This document shows positions 41,492-52,555 of a stretch of DNA of 64,000 bases, piece by piece. Position 1 is the first letter of the stretch; every line of letters starts with the position of its first letter. The stretch lies in sequence record DRR378314_1864; one strand, given 5' to 3'. The notes below the pieces were generated by a model. It was not told the origin of the DNA, made no database searches, and saw only the letters and a list, made by a program, of their open reading frames with translations. A program made the position numbers and the translations under genes.

Positions 41492-41962
41492 CTACTTGAT
41501 TTTATCGAAGCATATTTCTATGTAAGCTTTGCCGGCAACGTGGTTGAATGGCATGATTAATTTTGAGCCTTCAGATTTATGAGAAATGGTATGGTCTTTA
41601 CCTGAAACCACAATTGGGGTAGCCATATCAAAATCGTAACCTTTTTCACCTAGTGTCTTTTTGGCTCCGCCGGTAACCATATTCGTGATTTCGCCGACCA
41701 TATCACAGACATCTTCGTTAATTGAGTTTGGTAACTCACCTAACATTTTATTCATGATTTCACAGGCCAGATTTTCCTCAAATGAAATTGAGAATGATCC
41801 TTTTATCTGTGGGCCCACCATACCGATGACGCCTGATACATCGCCCCGCGCGTACTCATCCTTTTTTAGTTGAGCTTTACCGGGCTTCAATTCCATTTGA
41901 GCCATCATCGACAAGACATTTTGCAGTGCTTGAAGAAATGGGTTTACGAACTCGGCATTCAT
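41492..41962 (-). CDS. cheX: chemotaxis phosphatase CheX
   Basis: FVNPFL, GDVSGVIGM, GEITNMVTG. Confidence 0.93.
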   Translation of the reverse strand: MNAEFVNPFLQALQNVLSMMAQMELKPGKAQLKKDEYARGDVSGVIGMVGPQIKGSFSISFEENLACEIMNKMLGELPNSINEDVCDMVGEITNMVTGGAKKTLGEKGYDFDMATPIVVSGKDHTISHKSEGSKLIMPFNHVAGKAYIEICFDKIK

Positions 41963-41965
41963 TTT

Positions 41966-42472
41966 CTATTCCTTTATCTCTTGCTGGCACGTAATTGTGT
42001 CAGATGTATTTTCAATGGTCAGAATTAGGCTACGATTGCCATGATCATCGACGACATTGATAGTATTTACCTGGGCAGAAAAGCTATCCATTAATAGCTT
42101 ATTTGAAACATCCCACCCACACAGGTTATCACGCTTCGGTATCTCCTGATAAACCCAAATTTTCTGGTAGTCAGCTTCAAAACCTACCCAGTTTGGCTCA
42201 ACTTTATTTCCTTGCGAGTTTACCAGTTGAAACTTTTCAGTTATCCAGTCTCTGATATGTTTTTCAGAACCTTCTTCTTCCAGTCTAAAAGCCTTTCCCA
42301 GCCGCTTTTTAAGCACTTGTTGTACGTCATGCAAAGTATACTGATGAATAATTTCTATTGCTTGGGTGTTTTTATTCGCACTTATTTCGGTTAACCCAAA
42401 AAAATAGCGATGCGCTGATACAGAAGGTATCAGCGCGAACAAAAAAACAATAGCAGCAACAAGTTTAATCAT
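41966..42472 (-). CDS. exported protein (DUF6702-like)
   Basis: Signal peptide then AHRYFFGLTEI, HD, WVGFE, QVN. Confidence 0.7.
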   Translation of the reverse strand: MIKLVAAIVFLFALIPSVSAHRYFFGLTEISANKNTQAIEIIHQYTLHDVQQVLKKRLGKAFRLEEEGSEKHIRDWITEKFQLVNSQGNKVEPNWVGFEADYQKIWVYQEIPKRDNLCGWDVSNKLLMDSFSAQVNTINVVDDHGNRSLILTIENTSDTITCQQEIKE

Positions 42473-44795
42473 CGTTGCCCGACTCCAACTCCTCGTTGAA
42501 GTCTTCCATCATGCTCTTATTACGGTCTTCACGCTTAAACAGTTCAATCCGGGATGGCACTGCTCTGGCTGGCCAGTAGTTGTTACTGGTATCAACATCT
42601 GCCGTCTCCCAGTTAGGGTCAACAACGACTTGAGTCAAAGTTTTATCGCGAATCAATAACTTGCTCACCTTTTCTGGAGAGCGACGCCATACTTCCGCCG
42701 GAATGCGAACATGTTCTTTACTGCCATCTTCAAACTGAAGATCTAGTAAAATAGGCATAACTAAGCCGCCTTTATTGGCGAAATCAAGTACGTAGAAGTT
42801 GCTGCCGTTCTTCAGCATTTCCCGCTGCTCTTCGTTAAGCCCTTCTATCAGCTCTTGATATTTGTTTCGGTCAGCGTTAGTGACAGTGTAGTCGTCGTTC
42901 TCATTATAAAAGTCAGTAAGATCCGGTTGCTGATGAATTTTATAATTAACGTCGGCATTACGCTGAGTTGTCAAAGACCCTGGCTCAGCATTTTCTTGCT
43001 GTTCTTGCCATGCTTTTTCGATTTCCGGATCTTGCGTATTAATAGTCAACTGATTGACTTGCTCAAGGGCGATATCGACATGGTCAGTAGAGTAGAACCA
43101 GCCTCTCCAGAACCAGTCTAAATCAACGCCGGAAGCATCTTCTATGGTTCTGAATAAGTCTTCTGGTGTAGGACGTTTAAATTTCCAACGCTGCGCATAC
43201 TGACGGAAAGCGAAATCAAAGAGCTCACGGCCAACGATAGTTTCACGTAATATATTAAGTGCTGTAGCTGGCTTTCCGTAGGCATTATTACCAAATTGCA
43301 GAATCGACTCTGAGTTAGTCATAATAGGCATTTGGTTACTGCTGGCCATGTAACTGGTAATGTTACGCGGTTCACCGCGCCACGACGGATAATCTTTTTC
43401 CCATTTTTGTTCAGCCAGGAACTGTAGGTAAGTATTGATACCTTCATCCATCCAGGTCCACTGGCGTTCATCAGAGTTAACTACCATAGGAAAGTAAATG
43501 TGACCAATTTCGTGGATGATTACAGAAATTAGACCGTATTTGGTGCGTTTAGAGTAGTATTTCTCACCTGAATCCTCATCAACGTAAGGGCGCGGGCCAT
43601 TAAAGGTAATCATCGGGTATTCCATACCACCAACAGGGCCGTTTACCGATATAGCGACAGGATAAGGATAGTCAAAGCTGTAATCGTTATAGTGCTCAAT
43701 TGCGTGAATAATAGAAGCGGTCGAGTAACGTTCCCATAATGGATTGCCCTCTTCAGGGTAATACGACATAGCCAGCACATTGGTATCGTTCTTTTTGTAA
43801 CCTTGCGCGTCCCAGATAAACTTGCGCGACGAAGCCCAGGCAAAGTCACGAACTTTATCTGCTTCGAAAATCCAGGTTTTAGTATTGCTGGTGCCTTCCT
43901 TCTGATTTTCTAATGCCTCTTCTTCAGTGACAATTTTTACCGGCTTGTCTGAATTACGGGCTTTTTCCAGGCGTTCACGCTGAGTAGAAGTGAGTACTTC
44001 ATCGGGATTTTGCAAAACACCAGTAGAGGCTACAATATGATCCGCCGGAACCGTTATCTCTACGCGATAATCACCAAACTCTAAAGCGAACTCTCCGTTG
44101 CCGATAAACTGTTTATTCTGCCAACCTTCAGCGTCGTAATATGCGGCCATACGAGGGAACCACTGTGCCATCTCATACAGGTAGTTCCCGTCGTCTTCAA
44201 AGTACTCATAACCGCCGCGACCACCAAGTACTTCAGCTTCGATAATATTGAACTGCCAGTTGATATTAAAAGTGACACTTTCGCCGCTTTTAAGGGGCTC
44301 ATCCAGATCCAGCCTTAGCATAGTGTCATTAACGTAATGTGCTAAAGGTTCACCATCTTCGTTACTGATTTCTGTAAGCTCATAACCGGCCGGAAACTCT
44401 TCCTGAGTGAGCATGCTTTCCATTCTGGAAAAGCTAACTCGGTCTAAATCTCCGGAGGCTTGACTCTGCGGCCCAATGGAGTCTTTCTTAAAGCGGTTCT
44501 GGTCAAGTTGAACCCATAAATAGCGCAAAGTATCGGGGGAGTTATTGGTGTACGTTATGGTGCTTTGTGCCGTAATACTCTGATTCTCATCGTCCAGAGC
44601 AACCTCAATTTTGTAGTCCGCTTCCTGTTGCCAGTAAGCATGTCCAGGAGCACCGGACGCCGTACGATAAATGTTCGGACTACGGAATTTATCATCGTTA
44701 AGCTGGCGGAATTTATCTTCAAAAGCTTGAGCGGTTGCCGCCTGATTAACGGTTAAACAAACCGCTGCAGTGGCAATAAGATGATTGAGCTTCAT
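42465..44795 (-). CDS. secreted M1-family zinc aminopeptidase
   Basis: GGMEYP, HEIGH-x18-E (WMDEG), signal peptide. Confidence 0.92.
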   Translation of the reverse strand: MKLNHLIATAAVCLTVNQAATAQAFEDKFRQLNDDKFRSPNIYRTASGAPGHAYWQQEADYKIEVALDDENQSITAQSTITYTNNSPDTLRYLWVQLDQNRFKKDSIGPQSQASGDLDRVSFSRMESMLTQEEFPAGYELTEISNEDGEPLAHYVNDTMLRLDLDEPLKSGESVTFNINWQFNIIEAEVLGGRGGYEYFEDDGNYLYEMAQWFPRMAAYYDAEGWQNKQFIGNGEFALEFGDYRVEITVPADHIVASTGVLQNPDEVLTSTQRERLEKARNSDKPVKIVTEEEALENQKEGTSNTKTWIFEADKVRDFAWASSRKFIWDAQGYKKNDTNVLAMSYYPEEGNPLWERYSTASIIHAIEHYNDYSFDYPYPVAISVNGPVGGMEYPMITFNGPRPYVDEDSGEKYYSKRTKYGLISVIIHEIGHIYFPMVVNSDERQWTWMDEGINTYLQFLAEQKWEKDYPSWRGEPRNITSYMASSNQMPIMTNSESILQFGNNAYGKPATALNILRETIVGRELFDFAFRQYAQRWKFKRPTPEDLFRTIEDASGVDLDWFWRGWFYSTDHVDIALEQVNQLTINTQDPEIEKAWQEQQENAEPGSLTTQRNADVNYKIHQQPDLTDFYNENDDYTVTNADRNKYQELIEGLNEEQREMLKNGSNFYVLDFANKGGLVMPILLDLQFEDGSKEHVRIPAEVWRRSPEKVSKLLIRDKTLTQVVVDPNWETADVDTSNNYWPARAVPSRIELFKREDRNKSMMEDFNEELESGNDD

Positions 44796-44831
44796 AGTGT
44801 TACCTATTGTTATTATTTAATAGCGCTAATA

Positions 44832-45272
44832 TTAAAGGCATTTAGTGCACAAACCATGTGCTTCTATAGTTTGGCTCTGAACCTTAAACCCTTGATCTTC
44901 GGCTTGATGTTTCAATTCGTCATAAACCCCTTCCGACTGAATTTCCTGAACATCGCCGCAGGAACTGCAGATTAACATTTGAACCGGATGTTGATGGTCG
45001 AAATGCGAGCAAAGAACAAAACTATTCGACGAAGTGATTTTATGAACGAAGCCTTGTTCTTGTAAAAAGTCTAAAGCGCGGTAGATTGTCGGGGGTTTTG
45101 CATTGGGCATGACTTCCCGCAGTTGATCAAGTAAATCATATGCGCCGACGGCTCCTGAATGCTCTGCGAGTATCGCGAAAACTTCGCGGCGGGCATTTGT
45201 CAGGCGGGCACCACGTTGTTGGCAGAGTTTTTCAGCTTTTTGTATAAGTCGTTGTGCTTCTTGAGCTTTCAT
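44832..45272 (-). CDS. zur: zinc uptake regulator (Fur family)
   Basis: GAYDLL, KPPTIYRALDFL, CSSC, EAHGLCTKC; divergent from dusA. Confidence 0.88.
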   Translation of the reverse strand: MKAQEAQRLIQKAEKLCQQRGARLTNARREVFAILAEHSGAVGAYDLLDQLREVMPNAKPPTIYRALDFLQEQGFVHKITSSNSFVLCSHFDHQHPVQMLICSSCGDVQEIQSEGVYDELKHQAEDQGFKVQSQTIEAHGLCTKCL

Positions 45273-45420
45273 TATTGACTACAATTTATGACCATTTTAG
45301 TCATTGTAGAGAGTTTTAGGGGTAAGGAAAAGGGTTTTACGGAAGAGGCTGCTTACTGGTGTATTCTGAGTTAAAATAGTCTGCTAAATATACTGACTTT
45401 GTCGGTTAACTTTTTACCGG

Positions 45421-46428
45421 GTGGATGTTTTGACCGAACCATATTCTTATAAGCTTTCTGTAGCCCCGATGCTGGACTGGACCGATCGCCATTGCCGGTA
45501 TTTTCATCGTCTCCTGACCAGGAGTACCTTGCTTTATACCGAGATGGTAACGACAGGTGCGATTATTTTTGGTCAGCAGGATTTTCTGGCATTCAATGCA
45601 GAGGAACATCCGGTTGCTTTGCAGCTGGGAGGTTCGGAGCCCGCGGCTATGGCCGAGTGCGCGCGTTTGGCACAAGAGCGGGGGTACGATGAGGTTAATA
45701 TTAATGTCGGTTGCCCATCTGACCGAGTGCAAAATGGTAGCTTTGGCGCGTGCTTGATGGCTCAACCGGAAAAAGTTGCTGAATGCGTAAAGGCAATGAA
45801 AGCGGTAACCGATATTCCGGTTACCGTAAAAACCCGTTTGGGCATTGATGAGCAGGATTCTGATGACTTTCTATATGAATTAACCGATGCCGTTGTTGCT
45901 GCTGGTGTTGATCAACTGACTTTGCATGCCCGTAAAGCCTGGCTGCAAGGCCTTAGCCCGAAAGAAAACCGGGATATTCCTGAATTGCAGTATGAACGGG
46001 TTTACCGGGCCCAAAAAAGATACCCTGATGTCCCCGTGGCGATTAACGGCGGAATTGTCGAATTGCATGAGGTTAAGCAGCATTTAAACCAGGTCCATGG
46101 GGTGATGATTGGCCGGGCAGCCTACCAAAATCCCTGGTTACTTACTCAGCTTGATTCTTTGAGTGAAACGAAGCCGGCAGAGTTAACTCGTGAGGCTGTA
46201 GTTACCGCGATGATACCTTATATAGACAACCATATTCGACAGGGCGGGCGCGCCTGGCATGTGGCCCGCCATATGCTGGGACTGTTTCAGGGAATGACCG
46301 GAGGTAAGCGGTGGCGCCAGTATCTTAGTGTGAAAGGCCCCAGAGCCACCAGCGCCGAACAACTGCTTTATGGTGCTCTGGCTTTTCGCGATGATCACAG
46401 TCAGCACGTATCATCATTAACGTCATAA
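45421..46428 (+). CDS. dusA: tRNA-dihydrouridine synthase A
   Basis: APMLDWTDRHCR, NVGCPS, GLSPKENRDIP. Confidence 0.95.
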   Translation: MDVLTEPYSYKLSVAPMLDWTDRHCRYFHRLLTRSTLLYTEMVTTGAIIFGQQDFLAFNAEEHPVALQLGGSEPAAMAECARLAQERGYDEVNINVGCPSDRVQNGSFGACLMAQPEKVAECVKAMKAVTDIPVTVKTRLGIDEQDSDDFLYELTDAVVAAGVDQLTLHARKAWLQGLSPKENRDIPELQYERVYRAQKRYPDVPVAINGGIVELHEVKQHLNQVHGVMIGRAAYQNPWLLTQLDSLSETKPAELTREAVVTAMIPYIDNHIRQGGRAWHVARHMLGLFQGMTGGKRWRQYLSVKGPRATSAEQLLYGALAFRDDHSQHVSSLTS

Positions 46429-46549
46429 ATTGACTAAAAGTTGGTGAAAAACACTAACCTGAGAAATCTTCTTTCTTTCAGTTAAAAATAAAAAGTGATT
46501 ATATAACAAATGGTTAGCAACATTTAAAAAGATGGCACAACCTTTGAAT
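46422..46549 (+). promoter_or_regulatory. sigma54 promoter with PspF-like UAS and IHF-like site
   Basis: TTGGTGAAAAACACTAA (46441-46457), TAACAAATGGTTA (46504-46516), TGGCAC-N5-TTGAA (46533-46548). Confidence 0.65.
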
Positions 46550-46600
46550 TACATAGTGTGACTTAACTAACGCACTGTCATTTATTCAAAGGAGAAAATC

Positions 46601-46858
46601 ATGAAAGCGTTAATCGTAAGTGTTGTCAGTGGTGTTATGTTGTTCAGTGCATCGGTCTCAGCTGCCGATGAGAATAGAGATTCTATCACTGCTGAGCTTC
46701 AAGCTCAGATTGCTGAAATTTCTGAAGAAGCGATGCAAAATGTCAAACAGTCGGTTTCAGAGTCAATTGAAGAGTGGGTTATAGAGTTTTTGCCTGATTT
46801 AAAGCAAGCTGAAACTCAGATTGACCCTTCTGAACAAAAGAATAAGCAGTCTCAGTAA
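46601..46858 (+). CDS. small secreted acidic helical protein
   Basis: AAGGAG SD; signal peptide MKALIVSVVSGVMLFSASVSA. Confidence 0.85.
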   Translation: MKALIVSVVSGVMLFSASVSAADENRDSITAELQAQIAEISEEAMQNVKQSVSESIEEWVIEFLPDLKQAETQIDPSEQKNKQSQ

Positions 46859-46867
46859 GGGGCCCCC

Positions 46868-46978
46868 GTGATTTTATTAGATCAATGGTGGCTCATTTGG
46901 TTGGCGGCACCGGTATTAGGAACCTTGATTGTCGGCGTTGTCATAAGTTTCAGCGTATCAGTAATGCGGCACAGCTAG
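46868..46978 (+). CDS. unannotated 36-aa single-TM peptide
   Basis: AAGGGG SD, GTG start, MILLDQWWLIWLAAPVLGTLIVGVVISFSVSVMRHS*. Confidence 0.5.
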   Translation: MILLDQWWLIWLAAPVLGTLIVGVVISFSVSVMRHS

Positions 46979-47029
46979 ACTTTTGCTACTCTGCGTATAT
47001 CTCGTATAAAAATAAAAAGAGGAATACGT

Positions 47030-48253
47030 ATGATGAAGTCTCTGATAGCCGCTTCTGTACTGGCCGTTATTACCGGTTGTGCAACAGCGGGGCAAGCTGC
47101 AACCAACGGTTCTGAACAAGCGGAATATACCGCTAGTGACAAAGCTGAAAAATTGGCGAAGCAGTATTTACTAATAGACACACATATTGATGTACCTTAT
47201 CGAATTCATGATAAGTGGGAAGATGTAACAGAGGCCACTGCAGAAGGGGATTTTGACTACCCGCGTGCAGTAGAAGGTGGCCTCGATGCCCCGTTTATGT
47301 CTATTTATATTCCGGCCTCTTATGAAGAGAGTGGCGGCAGTGTTCAGTTGGCTCATGAGCTTATCGACGGTATGGAAGCGCTTGTCGGACGTGCACCAGA
47401 TAAGTTCGCAATGGCTTATAGCACTGATGATATCCGCGAAAATAAAGAGCAAGGCTTGATGTCAATTGCTTTGGGCATGGAAAACGGCACTCCTATCGAA
47501 GGCGATCTTGACAACCTGCGTATGTTCTATGAGCGCGGTATTCGCTACATTACTCTGGCTCACTCATTATCTAATCACATTTCAGACTCTTCTTATGACA
47601 TTCGCCGTCAATGGGATGGCTTAAGTCCATTTGGTAAAAAATTGGTCAAAGAAATGAATAAGGTCGGGGTTATGGTTGATGTGTCGCACATTTCCGATGA
47701 GGCATTTTATCAGGCGGTTGAAATTAGTGACGCTCCGGTCATTGCGTCGCATTCGTCGCTGCGCTCTTACACTCCAGGTTTTGAACGTAATATGAGCGAT
47801 GACATGCTAAAGGCCTTGGCGAAAAATGAGGGCGTTATCCAAATTAACTTTGGTTCGTCGTTTTTGGCTGAGCAGGCCAACCGTTACCGTGACATGATGA
47901 AAAAGCGGATTACCGCAGTAAAAGAGCAATATGGCGAAGACAGCGACGAAGCGAAACGTCGCATTAAGGACATTGAAGCTAATAATCCGTACCCCTTTGC
48001 GACTGTAGATACCGTTTTAGACCATATCGATCATGTACGTGATTTGATTGGGGTTGAACACATCGGTATTGGCTCCGACTACGATGGTGTTGGTGATTCC
48101 TTACCTGTTGGACTAAAAGACGTATCTAGCTATCCAAATCTTGTTCAGGGGTTGATGGACAGAGGGTACTCAGATAAAGAAATTGAAATGATTCTGGGTG
48201 GTAATTTAATGCGTGTTTGGGAGCAGGTTGAAGACTACGCCAAAACACATTAA
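47030..48253 (+). CDS. membrane dipeptidase (M19) lipoprotein
   Basis: Lipobox ITGC; DTHID, DVSH, ASHS, GSDYDG. Confidence 0.92.
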   Translation: MMKSLIAASVLAVITGCATAGQAATNGSEQAEYTASDKAEKLAKQYLLIDTHIDVPYRIHDKWEDVTEATAEGDFDYPRAVEGGLDAPFMSIYIPASYEESGGSVQLAHELIDGMEALVGRAPDKFAMAYSTDDIRENKEQGLMSIALGMENGTPIEGDLDNLRMFYERGIRYITLAHSLSNHISDSSYDIRRQWDGLSPFGKKLVKEMNKVGVMVDVSHISDEAFYQAVEISDAPVIASHSSLRSYTPGFERNMSDDMLKALAKNEGVIQINFGSSFLAEQANRYRDMMKKRITAVKEQYGEDSDEAKRRIKDIEANNPYPFATVDTVLDHIDHVRDLIGVEHIGIGSDYDGVGDSLPVGLKDVSSYPNLVQGLMDRGYSDKEIEMILGGNLMRVWEQVEDYAKTH

Positions 48254-48257
48254 GGCC

Positions 48258-48292
48258 TTGACACCAGGCCGTGAATCGGTATAATTCGCGGC

Positions 48293-48293
<1 letters not shown>
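48258..48293 (+). promoter_or_regulatory. S10 operon promoter
   Basis: TTGACA-16bp-TATAAT plus GC-rich discriminator TCGCGGCC. Confidence 0.9.
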
Positions 48294-48773
<480 letters not shown>

Positions 48774-48811
48774 GTGGGCAGTAATAGGATTACACACGAG
48801 AGGTTTTAACA

Positions 48812-49450
48812 ATGGCTATAGGTCTAGTCGGTCGTAAAGTAGGAATGACGCGTGTCTTCCAGGAAGACGGCGCTTCTGTTCCTGTTACTGTGATCGAAGT
48901 GCTGGCGAACCGTGTGACTCAGGTTAAATCTGATGACACTGACGGTTACCGTGCCCTTCAAGTAACCACAGGCGAGAAGAAAGCGAGCCGTGTAACCAAG
49001 CCTTTAGCAGGTCACTTTGCTAAAGCTGGTACAGAGGCTGGTCGTGGTCTTTGGGAATTCCGCCTGCAAAATGGCGAAGGCGAAGATTACGCAGTAGGTT
49101 CTGAACTGACTGTTGATATTTTTGCAGAAGTTAACAAAGTAGACGTTACTGGTACTTCAAAAGGTAAAGGCTTTGCCGGTACTGTGAAGCGCTGGAACTT
49201 CAGCATGCAGGACGCTACTCATGGTAACTCATTATCTCACCGTGCACCGGGTTCAATCGGTCAAAACCAGTCGCCTGGTAAAGTATTCAAAGGCAAGAAA
49301 ATGGCTGGCCAGATGGGTAATGAGCAAGTCACTACGCAATCACTTGAATTAGTTCGGGTTGATGCAGAGCGCAGCTTGTTGTTGATCAAAGGTGCGGTCC
49401 CGGGTGCAACCGGAAGTGATGTGATCGTTAAACCAGCGGTCAAGGCATAA
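48812..49450 (+). CDS. rplC: 50S ribosomal protein L3
   Basis: [16 protein letters not shown]. Confidence 0.99.
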   Translation: MAIGLVGRKVGMTRVFQEDGASVPVTVIEVLANRVTQVKSDDTDGYRALQVTTGEKKASRVTKPLAGHFAKAGTEAGRGLWEFRLQNGEGEDYAVGSELTVDIFAEVNKVDVTGTSKGKGFAGTVKRWNFSMQDATHGNSLSHRAPGSIGQNQSPGKVFKGKKMAGQMGNEQVTTQSLELVRVDAERSLLLIKGAVPGATGSDVIVKPAVKA

Positions 49451-49468
49451 CGTCTGAGGAGAATAGTG

Positions 49469-50074
49469 ATGGAATTAACATTGAAAGACGCAAAAGGCGC
49501 TCTTGAGGTTTCCGAAGCTACCTTTGGACGTGAGTTTAATGAAGCCCTTGTCCATCAAGTAGTTGTAGCTTACGCTGCAGGTGCTCGTCAGGGCACAAAA
49601 GCTCAGAAAACTCGTTCTGAAGTAGCCGGTGGTGGTAAGAAGCCTTGGCGTCAAAAAGGTACTGGTCGTGCCCGTGCAGGTACAATCCGTAGTCCTATCT
49701 GGCGTTCTGGTGGTGCGACTTTTGCAGCTAAACCGCAAAATCACAGCCAGAAAGTAAACAAAAAAATGTACCGCGGTGCGATTAAAAGCATTTTGTCGGA
49801 ACTGATTCGTCAGGAACGTTTGATTGTTGTTGAGAAGTTTGGTGTTGATGAGCCAAAAACAAAGCAACTGGCAGCGAAACTGAAAGAAATGGATCTGAAC
49901 GACGTTTTGATCGTGACAAAAGAAGTTGATGAGAACCTGTTCTTAGCTTCTCGCAACTTGCATAAAGTCGACGTGCGCGATGTTCAGGGTATTGACCCTG
50001 TCAGTCTGATTGCTTTCGAGAAAGTGCTGATGACTGCTGACGCCGTCAAGCAGCTTGAGGAGGTGTTATCATGA
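49469..50074 (+). CDS. rplD: 50S ribosomal protein L4
   Basis: [14 protein letters not shown]. Confidence 0.99.
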   Translation: MELTLKDAKGALEVSEATFGREFNEALVHQVVVAYAAGARQGTKAQKTRSEVAGGGKKPWRQKGTGRARAGTIRSPIWRSGGATFAAKPQNHSQKVNKKMYRGAIKSILSELIRQERLIVVEKFGVDEPKTKQLAAKLKEMDLNDVLIVTKEVDENLFLASRNLHKVDVRDVQGIDPVSLIAFEKVLMTADAVKQLEEVLS

Positions 50075-50373
50075 TGCGCGAAGAACGTTTGCTTAAAGTG
50101 ATTTTAGCACCTCACGTTTCGGAAAAATCGACTAACACTGCTGAAAATAACAACACGGTTGTTTTTAAAGTAGCTGTTGATGCGACTAAAACCGAAATCA
50201 AAGCGGCTGTCGAAAAATTGTTTGAAGTTGAAGTCAAAAACGTACGTACAGTCAACGTGAAGGGTAAAACCAAACGTACTGGTTCTCGTTTCGGGAAACG
50301 CAGTGACTGGAAAAAAGCGTATGTTGCCTTGAATGAAGGTGCTGACATTGACTTCTCAGGCGGCGCTGAGTAA
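50071..50373 (+). CDS. rplW: 50S ribosomal protein L23
   Basis: [14 protein letters not shown]. Confidence 0.99.
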
Positions 50374-50387
50374 CAGGAGGAATAAAC

Positions 50388-51212
50388 ATGGCTGTAGTTA
50401 AAAGTAAGCCTACGTCTCCGGGTCAACGCCACGTCGTTAAAGTCGTCGGTCAGGACCTGTACAAAGGCAAGCCTTACGCACCATTGCTGGAAAAAAACAG
50501 CAAGTCTGGTGGTCGTAACAATAACGGTCGTATCACGGTTCGTCACATTGGCGGTGGTCATAAACACCACTACCGTGTAATCGACTTTAAACGTAATAAA
50601 GATGGTATCCCTGCAAAGGTTGAGCGTATTGAATACGATCCTAACCGTTCAGCGAATATCGCTTTAGTTTTGTATGCTGACGGTGAACGCCGTTACATTC
50701 TGGCTCCGAAAAACCTTTCAGTAGGCGATCGTATCCAGTCTGGTGTTGATGCACCAATAAAGCCTGGTAACAGCCTGCCAATGCGCAACATCCCTGTGGG
50801 TAGTGTTGTTCACGCGGTAGAGTTACAGCCAGGTAAAGGCGCACAGATGGCTCGTTCAGCGGGTGCTTATTGCCAGATTCTTGCTCGTGACGGTGCTTAT
50901 GTTACTGTTCGTTTACGTTCAGGTGAGATGCGTCGCGTTCAGTCTGAAGGTCGTGCAACTATCGGTGAAGTAGGCAACGCAGAACACATGCTGCGTCAAT
51001 TGGGTAAAGCCGGTGCAAACCGCTGGCGTGGTATTCGTCCGACCGTTCGCGGTGTGGCGATGAACCCAGTTGATCACCCTCACGGTGGTGGTGAAGGCCG
51101 TACCTCTGGTGGACGTCATCCTGTGACTCCATGGGGCACGCCGACCAAGGGCTACAAAACCCGTAAAAACAAGCGTACTGATAAGTTCATCGTACGCCGT
51201 CGCAACAAATAA
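50388..51212 (+). CDS. rplB: 50S ribosomal protein L2
   Basis: [14 protein letters not shown]. Confidence 0.99.
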
Positions 51213-51228
51213 GAGTTGAGGATAAAAC

Positions 51229-51507
51229 ATGCCACGTTCTCTTAAAAAAGGTCCATTTATTGACCTTCACCTGCTAAATAAGGTGGAGAAAGCGTTGGAA
51301 GCCGGGGAAAAGAAGCCAATTAAAACTTGGTCCCGTCGTTCAATGATCATCCCAGATATGATCGGCCTGACAATCGCTGTTCACAACGGTCGTCAGCACG
51401 TTCCTGTCTACGTGACAGATGAAATGATCGGTCATAAATTAGGCGAATTCGCGCCAACCCGTACTTATCGCGGCCATGCTGCTGATAAGAAAGCGAAGAA
51501 ACGGTAA
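51229..51507 (+). CDS. rpsS: 30S ribosomal protein S19
   Basis: [15 protein letters not shown]. Confidence 0.99.
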
Positions 51508-51520
51508 GAGGTAGAGAGTG

Positions 51521-51853
51521 ATGGAAGCAATTGCTAAACACCAATTTGCCCGCGTTTCAGCGCAGAAGGGCCGTTTGGTCGCAGACCAAATCCGTGGACT
51601 TCCGGTAGAAAAAGCACTGGATATCCTGGCATACAGCCCCAAAGCAGCTGCTGGCTTAATCAAGAAAGTTCTTGAGTCAGCAATCGCGAACGCGGAACAT
51701 AACGAAGGTGCGGATATTGATGAACTTAAAGTGAGCCGAGTCTTTTTAGACGAAGGTCCTACTATGAAGCGCATCAAGCCACGGGCGAAAGGCCGTGCCG
51801 ATCGTATCTTTAAGCGCACCAGCCACATTACTGTGGTCGTGTCAGATAGCTAG
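51521..51853 (+). CDS. rplV: 50S ribosomal protein L22
   Basis: [16 protein letters not shown]. Confidence 0.99.
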   Translation: MEAIAKHQFARVSAQKGRLVADQIRGLPVEKALDILAYSPKAAAGLIKKVLESAIANAEHNEGADIDELKVSRVFLDEGPTMKRIKPRAKGRADRIFKRTSHITVVVSDS

Positions 51854-51863
51854 GAGATAAATT

Positions 51864-52544
51864 ATGGGTCAGAAAGTACATCCTAATGGTATTCGCCTAG
51901 GTATCTCCAGACCATGGAATGCAACCTGGTATGCGAATACAAATGAGTTCGCTGATAACCTGCACAGTGATTTTCAGGTACGTAAGTTCCTGAACAAAGA
52001 ACTGCGCAATGCATCAGTCTCTCGTATCGTTATCGATCGTCCAGCTAAGAGCGTTCGTGTGACTATTCACACAGCACGTCCTGGCGTGGTTATCGGTAAG
52101 AAAGGCGAAGACGTAGAAAAGCTGCGTAAGCAAGTTTCTAAGTTGACAGGTGCTCCTGCGCAAATCAACATCTCAGAAGTTCGTAAGCCTGAGTTGGATT
52201 CGCAGTTGGTAGCTGACAATATTGCTGGTCAGTTGGAACGTCGTGTCATGTTCCGTCGTGCTATGAAACGTGCCGTACAAAACGCCATTCGCTTGGGTGC
52301 CAAAGGTATCAAAGTTGAAGTGAGTGGTCGTTTAGGCGGCGCAGAGATTGCACGTACTGAGTGGTATCGTGAAGGCCGTGTACCGCTGCACACATTACGT
52401 GCAGACATCGACTACTCGACCTCAGAAGCGAACACCACTTACGGTATCATCGGTGTTAAGGTCTGGATTTTCCGTGGTGAAGTTCTTGGTGGACTTCCAA
52501 CTGAAGAAAAGCCAGCTCCTAAGCGCGGCAAGAACCGTAAGTAA
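51864..52544 (+). CDS. rpsC: 30S ribosomal protein S3
   Basis: [13 protein letters not shown]. Confidence 0.99.
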   Translation: MGQKVHPNGIRLGISRPWNATWYANTNEFADNLHSDFQVRKFLNKELRNASVSRIVIDRPAKSVRVTIHTARPGVVIGKKGEDVEKLRKQVSKLTGAPAQINISEVRKPELDSQLVADNIAGQLERRVMFRRAMKRAVQNAIRLGAKGIKVEVSGRLGGAEIARTEWYREGRVPLHTLRADIDYSTSEANTTYGIIGVKVWIFRGEVLGGLPTEEKPAPKRGKNRK

Positions 52545-52555
52545 GGAGAGACGAT

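Noticed and set aside
44796-44831. Possible Zur box upstream of the M1 peptidase
   Set aside because: The TGTTA words are in direct rather than inverted arrangement and do not match the Zur palindrome.
46885-47115. 76-aa ORF from the track
   Set aside because: No SD, overlaps the dipeptidase gene, implausible composition; the 46868-46978 frame is a better candidate.
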